Assembly: GCA_963837955.1 (NCBI GenBank)
Contig: CAWIPH010000002.1
Span: 4,000,001-4,064,000, forward strand
Length of the DNA: 64,000 bases
Direction: 5' to 3'
From: an uncultured Verrucomicrobiae bacterium
Lineage (GTDB): Bacteria; Verrucomicrobiota; Verrucomicrobiia; Chthoniobacterales; JAFAMB01
Part shown: in pieces, positions 57,816 through 64,000 of the stretch
How the letters are laid out: every line of letters begins with the position of its first letter
Position numbering within the stretch: the stretch's first letter is position 1
The notes under the pieces: model-generated
The model's database searches: none
What the model was told of the DNA's origin: nothing
What the model saw: the letters and a program-made list of their open reading frames with translations, nothing else
Program-made: the position numbers and the translations under genes

Positions 57816-58613
57816 ATGGAAGTGCCAGTGGTCATTTCAATTGCCGGCTCCGACAATTCAGCCGGAGCGGGTATTCAAGCGGATCTCAAGACATTTACGC
57901 ACTTCAGAGTGTTTGGCCAGACCGTCGTGACTTGCGTCGTAGCGGAGGTTCCTGGCCAGGTAAAAGCTATCCATCCAATCGACCCAAAAACAGTAAAAAC
58001 ACAACTCACACTCAGCCTCGAATATTTTCCGGTCCGCGCGATGAAGACAGGGATGTTGTATTCTGCTGAAATAATTGAGGCCGTCTGTGCGGTTATCGAG
58101 TCGATTCCGATTGGGTCACGACCACTCCTAGTGGTGGATCCAGTCATGATAGCGTCGTCTGGCGACCTGCTCTTGGAATCAGATGCGGTAGGGGCTTATC
58201 AGAACCGCCTGATTCCGTTGGCGACCGTCGTCACGCCCAATATTGACGAAGCGATCGCACTCACCAATCGAACCATTCGAAATGTCGAGGAGCTCGAGCA
58301 GGCCGGCCGCTCCTTAGCGGCGGAATACAATATCGCCTTTCTGGTCAAGGGAGGCCACCTGGATGGAAGCGAGGCAACCGATGTCCTGGTGCGCGGAGAC
58401 CAGATCAAAAGATTTAGTGCCCCGTTCAAGCTTGGCGTTTCAACTCACGGCACCGGTTGTACCCTCTCAGCCGCAATAACGGCAAATCTGGCGCAGGGTA
58501 AATCATTGGAAGAGGCTATCCAAACCAGCAAAGACTATATCAGCCGCGCTATAGCCGATTCCCTGAGCTGGGAAGGATCGGCGGGACGCGTCACGGCATT
58601 GAAACACTGGTGA
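57816..58613 (+). CDS. thiD: Hydroxymethylpyrimidine/phosphomethylpyrimidine kinase
   Basis: IAGSDNSAGAGIQADLK, VVDPVM, TPN..E, KGGH, THGTGCTLS. Confidence 0.95.
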   Translation: MEVPVVISIAGSDNSAGAGIQADLKTFTHFRVFGQTVVTCVVAEVPGQVKAIHPIDPKTVKTQLTLSLEYFPVRAMKTGMLYSAEIIEAVCAVIESIPIGSRPLLVVDPVMIASSGDLLLESDAVGAYQNRLIPLATVVTPNIDEAIALTNRTIRNVEELEQAGRSLAAEYNIAFLVKGGHLDGSEATDVLVRGDQIKRFSAPFKLGVSTHGTGCTLSAAITANLAQGKSLEEAIQTSKDYISRAIADSLSWEGSAGRVTALKHW

Positions 58614-58744
58614 GGCGGGAAAACTTAGAAATCTAGACGCTGGAACGTGCTCCCGGCAGGAAATCGCTCATAGTTGTTCCAAAATCATCCGGTCTTGAAC
58701 CGAATCATGGTCTGTGCCAGTCTGCCGCTTCATTTCAAAAACGC

Positions 58745-59500
58745 ATGCAGCTACGCATTTCCCTCCTCCTCGCACTTCTCATTCTAACCGGCTGCCGCCA
58801 TCACCATAAAGATAAAGGGGCTATCCCTGCCGGACCGAGGGAAGCAACTGTACAGTTCCTTGGGCATGGTTGTTTTCTGATCTCCTCTTCGTTGGGCCTC
58901 AATATCTTGATCGATCCGTTTAATCCGAAGGTCCTCAATTATCCGGTCAAAGAGGGCTCGATACCGGCAGACATCGTCCTGGTTACGCATGAGGACGAAA
59001 CTGCCAATGATACTGACCTGGCCGCCGGTTCGCCGCAAATCCTGCGCAGCACCATGGCTGCTGGCGTCAACCGGGCTAACGGCGTTCTGGTCCGAGGAGT
59101 TCGCACTAGTTCGGAAAATCTGGCAGCGGTCAATCGACTCAACGTAGCGTATATCTGGTCCATGGACGGCATCCGATTCTGTCATCTCGGGGCGATTGAA
59201 GACCCGATTACAGTTTCTGAAGCGCTAAACATTGGCCACGTCGACGTCCTCTTCTTGCCAGTCGGCGGTCCGCAAGCCTTTACCGACGATAAGCGGAAGC
59301 TCACCCTCGAGCGGTTGCAACCGAGGATTATCATCCCGATGATGTATTCTACAGCGTACTCTTCCAAGGTACCGCTGCGCGGGCTCGGAGAATGGCTTTC
59401 GCGACAATCGAACGTTGTCCGATTAAATTCGAGCAAGTTTACGATTTCGGCTTCCCAACTTCCGCCTACCACAACTGTCTACGTTCCGGCTTCCCGCTAA
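58745..59500 (+). CDS. MBL-fold lipoprotein with degenerate metal ligands
   Basis: Lipobox LTGC; FLGHGCF, LIDPF, VDVLFLPVGG; the HxHxDH motif appears as THEDETA. Confidence 0.75.
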   Translation: MQLRISLLLALLILTGCRHHHKDKGAIPAGPREATVQFLGHGCFLISSSLGLNILIDPFNPKVLNYPVKEGSIPADIVLVTHEDETANDTDLAAGSPQILRSTMAAGVNRANGVLVRGVRTSSENLAAVNRLNVAYIWSMDGIRFCHLGAIEDPITVSEALNIGHVDVLFLPVGGPQAFTDDKRKLTLERLQPRIIIPMMYSTAYSSKVPLRGLGEWLSRQSNVVRLNSSKFTISASQLPPTTTVYVPASR

Positions 59501-59507
59501 TTGATTG

Positions 59508-60773
59508 ATGAAGATTCTGGTGATTGGCGGCGGCGGGCGCGAACACGCGCTAGCATGGAAACTGCATCAATCGCCGAGGGCAGAGAAAATTTACGTAGCG
59601 CCGGGGAATGCTGGAACCAGCCAAGTGGCGCAGAACGTACCGATTTCGGCCAACGAACCGGAACAGCTTTTGCGATTTGCGTTAACGGAGCAGATTGATC
59701 TGACTGTGGTTGGACCGGACGACGCTCTGGCAGGCGGCATCGTTGACCGTTTTCAGGCCAAAGGATTAAGGATTTTCGGACCTAGCCAGAGAGCCGCCCG
59801 ATTGGAATCCTCGAAAAGTTTTGCCAAGGATTTCATGGAACGGCATGGAATCGCGACCGCTCGATTTACTCGGTGTGAATCGAGCCAGGCAGCCATTCGC
59901 GCGCTCGAAAATTATTCCTTCCCTGTTGTCATCAAGGCGGACGGGCTAGCGCTCGGTAAAGGCGTGACTATTGCCCTTGATCGAGCCGAAGCCGAGCGAG
60001 CGATCGACGCAATGATGGAGAAGAAGCAATTTGGAGCGGCAGGTGAGCGACTGGTTATCGAAGAGTACTTACGCGGCACAGAATGCTCGATTCACGCTTT
60101 GGTCGACGGTTCCAACTACCTTCTTTTTCCTTCGGCCAAGGATCATAAAGCTTTGTATGCCAACGATCAGGGGCCGAATACTGGCGGGATGGGTGCCATC
60201 AGCCCCTCACCCGCGATCACTGCGGCGCAGATGGAGGAAATAGAATCAAGGATTCTACAACCATTCATTCAAGGAATCCGAGAAGAAGGACTGGATTTCC
60301 GAGGGCTTCTTTTTCCAGGCCTCATGCTCACTCAAGAAGGTCCAGTGGTGTTGGAGTTCAACTGTCGTTTTGGTGATCCTGAAACTCAGGCATTGTTACC
60401 CCGGCTGCAGGCGGACCTGGTGGAACTGCTGGAAGCGACGATCGACCAGCGCCTAGACGAAGTCGCTGCCTCGTGGGATTCCCAGTGTGCGCTTTGCCTG
60501 GTATTAGCTTCGGCAGGCTACCCCGGCCACTACGAGACCGGCAAACCGATCTATGGATTGGATAGCTTGGAAACCCTAGAAGGAGTTGTCGTTTTTCACG
60601 CCGGCACCAAACATATAGATAATGTGGTTGTGACCAGCGGCGGGCGGGTACTCTCCGTAATGGCTCTGAGTGAAAACTTGCAGCAAGCGCGAGAGAAAGC
60701 GTACAGGGCCGCAGAAAAGATCGAATTCGCTGGAAAATATTTCCGGCAAGATATTGGCAGCACACCACTTTAG
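59508..60773 (+). CDS. purD: Phosphoribosylamine--glycine ligase
   Basis: GGGGREHA, LESSKSFAK, KADGLA.GKGV, GPNTGGMG, EFNCRFGDPE, SGGRVL. Confidence 0.98.
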   Translation: MKILVIGGGGREHALAWKLHQSPRAEKIYVAPGNAGTSQVAQNVPISANEPEQLLRFALTEQIDLTVVGPDDALAGGIVDRFQAKGLRIFGPSQRAARLESSKSFAKDFMERHGIATARFTRCESSQAAIRALENYSFPVVIKADGLALGKGVTIALDRAEAERAIDAMMEKKQFGAAGERLVIEEYLRGTECSIHALVDGSNYLLFPSAKDHKALYANDQGPNTGGMGAISPSPAITAAQMEEIESRILQPFIQGIREEGLDFRGLLFPGLMLTQEGPVVLEFNCRFGDPETQALLPRLQADLVELLEATIDQRLDEVAASWDSQCALCLVLASAGYPGHYETGKPIYGLDSLETLEGVVVFHAGTKHIDNVVVTSGGRVLSVMALSENLQQAREKAYRAAEKIEFAGKYFRQDIGSTPL

Positions 60774-60792
60774 CACCATGGCAGGATGCAAG

Positions 60793-61881
60793 ATGTTTGA
60801 AACAAAGCTGATTCCGATTTGGCTTCTGGTAGTCACCGGGCTGGTTTCGGTTCACGCCCAATCACCTTCCCCCAGCCCAACTCCCGGGACTACGCCGGAA
60901 CGGCAGCAGACAGCTACACCTGGCCTGATAGATCAGCTCGGACCGACTCAATTCCAGGAAATCCTCAACCAACTGCGCTCCAACTACGTGGATCCAACGG
61001 CAGTGAGCACGCAGGCTCTCGGTCAAGCCGCAATGACCGAGTTGCTCTCAAAACTGGGGCCGGGAGTGCGATTGCGCTTACGGTCCGACGTCGAGAAACC
61101 GACTGTCAATCGCCCGTTTCGAAGCGAGATTCTAAACGATCATTTTGGATACGTCCGATGCGGTACTCTCAATCACAATAGCTTGGTCAAGCTCGACGAC
61201 GCGCTAGGAACGTTCCGTAATCAGAACGTGCAAGGCGTAATTGTTGATCTCCGCACAACTCCTGAGAGCACGGATTATCAATTGGCGGGAGAGTTTATCA
61301 GCAGATTTGTTCCTAAAGGAACGTTGGCATATCGAATCGTCGGAGCCAAAACAAACCAGGAACGCTCATTTTCGTCATCTCTAGACCCCGTGTACCAAGG
61401 TCCTTTGGCTTTGGTGGTAGACCAAGAGGCGGCCGGCGCAGCAGAAGTAATTGCTGCAGCTCTAAAGGTGAAAGCGCACGCGCTGGTGATAGGTGAAAAG
61501 ACCTCCGGCAGCGCAGCCGAGTATCAGAGTTCCCCCATTGGCAGCAATCTACTACTCAGTATTGCTGTCACCCAGGTCCAGGTTCCTGATTTTCCGTCCA
61601 TTTTCCCGAGTGGAATCCAGCCGGACATTCCGGTTGTTCAACCAGCGGATCAGGAGCATTCCGTCCTAGCTGAAACGGACAATCAATCAAGTGAGCCATT
61701 CATTACCGACGAGCCGCGCAAGCACCTCAACGAAGCCGCGTTGGTGTCCGGCACCAATCCTGAGCTCGACGCATACGAGGCGCAACAATCGGGACAAGTC
61801 CCGCCGGCAAAGCAGAAAGATCCGATGCTCCAGCGCGCCGTCGATTTCTTGATCACGGTGAATCTGTACAAGGTACGATAG
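60793..61881 (+). CDS. Exported S41 (CtpA/Prc)-like protein lacking the PDZ domain and catalytic dyad
   Basis: Signal peptide; NYVD, GYVR, VIVDLR, PLALVVD...E, VIGEKT.G, GIQPDI.V, DPMLQRAVD. Alternative start 60778. Confidence 0.75.
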   Translation: MFETKLIPIWLLVVTGLVSVHAQSPSPSPTPGTTPERQQTATPGLIDQLGPTQFQEILNQLRSNYVDPTAVSTQALGQAAMTELLSKLGPGVRLRLRSDVEKPTVNRPFRSEILNDHFGYVRCGTLNHNSLVKLDDALGTFRNQNVQGVIVDLRTTPESTDYQLAGEFISRFVPKGTLAYRIVGAKTNQERSFSSSLDPVYQGPLALVVDQEAAGAAEVIAAALKVKAHALVIGEKTSGSAAEYQSSPIGSNLLLSIAVTQVQVPDFPSIFPSGIQPDIPVVQPADQEHSVLAETDNQSSEPFITDEPRKHLNEAALVSGTNPELDAYEAQQSGQVPPAKQKDPMLQRAVDFLITVNLYKVR

Positions 61882-61890
61882 CAGCCTGAC

Positions 61891-62013
61891 GCAGTAGCCT
61901 GATGCTCCAGCCTCAGGAAGGTCGGGGACAATAGGTCTATTTTAGAGCCAGCGATCTGGCATTTTCAGGCCCACAATGCGTGGCTTCCTGAGGCTAGAGG
62001 ATCAGGCTACTGC
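61891..62013. repeat. Inverted GTAG-type REP doublet (REPIN-like)
   Basis: 30-bp arms at 61891-61920 and 61984-62013, 28/30 identical after reverse complement; each arm has an internal CCTGA...TCAGG hairpin. Confidence 0.75.
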
Positions 62014-62027
62014 CTTTGCGGGGAGAT

Positions 62028-63014
62028 CTAGCTCGATTTTTTCGCGTCGGTGGCGCCGAACACATGGCCGATCGGTTTTGCTGCAGACGGAAAGAGAGCG
62101 ACTGCCGCGGCGACGATCATCAGCCAATACACCTCGGACCGTGCGATCTTCGCACCAACCACGCTGGATTCGTCTAATTTGGGCAGCGTTCGAGCTCCAA
62201 TCAACACCGGCAAGGCGCAAGCAAAACGGACCCGAATAGGACGAATCGCGCAGACATATTTCCAGCCAGAACCCAAATACTGCTGTGCGCGTTTCTGCCA
62301 TTCCAGAAAAAGCGGGCGCACAAGTTCCCGATTCTCTTTCAGCAGGTGTGGATCTGCCACCGGCAGATATGATCGTCCATGGGCGACGTCGGTCGGGAAA
62401 TCTCGTAAGATATTAGTTAGCTGGAGTCCTTTCCCAAACTCGATACCTAACTGTTCCAATTCGGATTTCGGAATTCTGGAATAGGAAGGCCATTCCAGCG
62501 AACAGAGTCTTGTCCAGAATTCTCCGACAGAGCCTGCCACCAAATAGGTGTATTCTTCAAGCTCACCGGCGTTGCGAAGTGCGCGCAGCGAATCGGTCAT
62601 TTCGAATCGCTCAATATCCAGCATCTGACCTCGGATGATTTTGCCCAGAACGTCCAGCACAAGCGGCTGATGGCGAGGAGGCAGGACACGCACAGATGCT
62701 ACCAACGAAATAAGTCGCTTAAGCAGATCCTTCTCTGCACCTGACGGTTGAGCCTCGACACACTGCGAAATCCGCTCGGCGAGATCGACCGGCGAGCCCT
62801 GAAGCGAAGATCGCAGGCCGTCTAATGTTTCCAGCCGGTATTTGGGGTCAAATCGATTTGTATCGGCGATAGTATCAGAGGCGCGGGCAAGCAAGTATCC
62901 AATCGCTATGGCCGGACGTATCCGCGAGGGCAAAAACCGGATACTCAAGTAAAATGATCTAGAGACACGTTTGAGCAGCGGGAACAGCTCAGAATCTAAC
63001 TGAGGGAGGGTCAA
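62028..63014 (-). CDS. Squalene/phytoene synthase family protein
   Basis: VSRSF, YLLARASDTIAD, YTYLVAGSVGEF, GLQLTNILRD..D...GRSYLP. Confidence 0.88.
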   Translation of the reverse strand: MTLPQLDSELFPLLKRVSRSFYLSIRFLPSRIRPAIAIGYLLARASDTIADTNRFDPKYRLETLDGLRSSLQGSPVDLAERISQCVEAQPSGAEKDLLKRLISLVASVRVLPPRHQPLVLDVLGKIIRGQMLDIERFEMTDSLRALRNAGELEEYTYLVAGSVGEFWTRLCSLEWPSYSRIPKSELEQLGIEFGKGLQLTNILRDFPTDVAHGRSYLPVADPHLLKENRELVRPLFLEWQKRAQQYLGSGWKYVCAIRPIRVRFACALPVLIGARTLPKLDESSVVGAKIARSEVYWLMIVAAAVALFPSAAKPIGHVFGATDAKKSS

Positions 63015-64000
63015 GGGTTACGTCGGTCTCGGATGTCGATCTTGGTTAGATCAGAATTGCCGATCTGGTATTGGCCGGCAGTCTGAACGTATTTCGCAAT
63101 CTTGGATGCTGGATCCATTTTCGCCTGGATCCTCCAGCCATCAAGTTGCTTCGCAGCCACGGCATCCAATGCAACCGGATCCTTGCTGGCATAAATAGTC
63201 CCGAATTGAACAGCGTAGTTGGTGTCTCCGAACGGTGCGCCAGCATAGAGCGCGACCAGTCCATCCATGATATGCAAAACTACCTTCTCGCTAACCCGGG
63301 GATCCGCATACATTTCCGCAATGTCCGGATCACCTCGCACCGGTTCGTCTATCAATCGACGCCAATTGTCGACGTTTTGGACGGTCATGTTGTAAAGAGC
63401 CCCTGATAATCCGCAGTACACATTGTCCGAAAGTACCGGCACATTGATTACTTTCGTAACGACCTTGGAAAGCACCTGGCTCAAATGGCTTTCATTGCTC
63501 ATGTTAGCCATGGAGAACTTCTTATTCTTTTCGTCCGACTCTTGCTCTGTTTTGAGATTCTGGCGAGGCTTACCGACGAACAAGAGGTCGCCATAAATCA
63601 GGCGACCGGTCACAGGCGAAGTGAGCGCAACCTGCGGATCATAGTTATCTTCGTTCCACATGACTCGGTAGCCACCTTTATGAAAATGGAATCCAGCACG
63701 CTTCAAAAGCTTGGCGTCGCGATCCCAGACGATGATATTTTCTGGAGGAACACCGGCTTGCCGGAGGCCGTCAATAATCGTTAAGACGACTTCGGGGTGC
63801 GTGCTGAACAACGGCGCGCCATTTGCGCAGACTTTGATTCCGACAATATCGCTCGGTTTGACCAGAGACGCCCAAGCGGCGGCGACCGAGGGCTCGCCCG
63901 TCACGCTAGTAACAACCTCATCCACCATCCGCCGGACTTCCGAAGCATTTACTTTGTAGTCATAAATCGCATCCGAGCTCCCGGTTCGATAAACAACAGA
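63011..64000 (-). CDS. DUF362 domain protein (5' end lies outside the window)
   Basis: DIVGIKV..., THPEVV, INVPVL, I.DGL..YAG.P, S.DPVALD. The frame is open to the window edge. Confidence 0.75.
   Translation of the reverse strand, partial: SVVYRTGSSDAIYDYKVNASEVRRMVDEVVTSVTGEPSVAAAWASLVKPSDIVGIKVCANGAPLFSTHPEVVLTIIDGLRQAGVPPENIIVWDRDAKLLKRAGFHFHKGGYRVMWNEDNYDPQVALTSPVTGRLIYGDLLFVGKPRQNLKTEQESDEKNKKFSMANMSNESHLSQVLSKVVTKVINVPVLSDNVYCGLSGALYNMTVQNVDNWRRLIDEPVRGDPDIAEMYADPRVSEKVVLHIMDGLVALYAGAPFGDTNYAVQFGTIYASKDPVALDAVAAKQLDGWRIQAKMDPASKIAKYVQTAGQYQIGNSDLTKIDIRDRRNP

Overview
A 64-kb bacterial chromosomal window. Gene style, for example the RpoA N-terminus MTVRLGRFEMPK and TonB/RND content with weak SD sites, suggests Verrucomicrobiota, possibly a Chthoniobacterales-like soil organism; this is inference. 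Housekeeping blocks are dnaE, prs-rplY-pth-rpsF-ssb, purH-pdxJ-acpS-scpA, scpB-pheA, gltB, rpoA-rplQ, thiD and purD. An accessory region of about 23 kb separates scpA from scpB. It holds (i) a TolC-MFP-RND efflux operon with a two-component system and a CusR-type box, (ii) an APC permease and an AKR/AraC module with a MITE-like element, and (iii) the most interesting locus at about 28.8-39.5 kb. That locus encodes three Rieske oxygenases resembling methylxanthine N-demethylases, a nucleobase-type permease, an exported SnoaL/NTF2 protein, a TonB receptor and an Atz/Trz-type amidohydrolase. It carries paired TetR-like operators and several sigma54-like promoters but no reductase, and is a candidate undescribed system for scavenging methylated purines or N-heterocycles as a nitrogen source. 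The window also has several apparent pseudoenzymes (S41-like protein, MBL-fold lipoprotein, FadB hydratase domain, DUF362, TIR-like domain) and several REP/MITE-like and 7- or 10-mer repeat elements. No rRNA, tRNA, CRISPR array, integrase or transposase gene was seen. All family calls come from motif recognition by eye; no searches were run.
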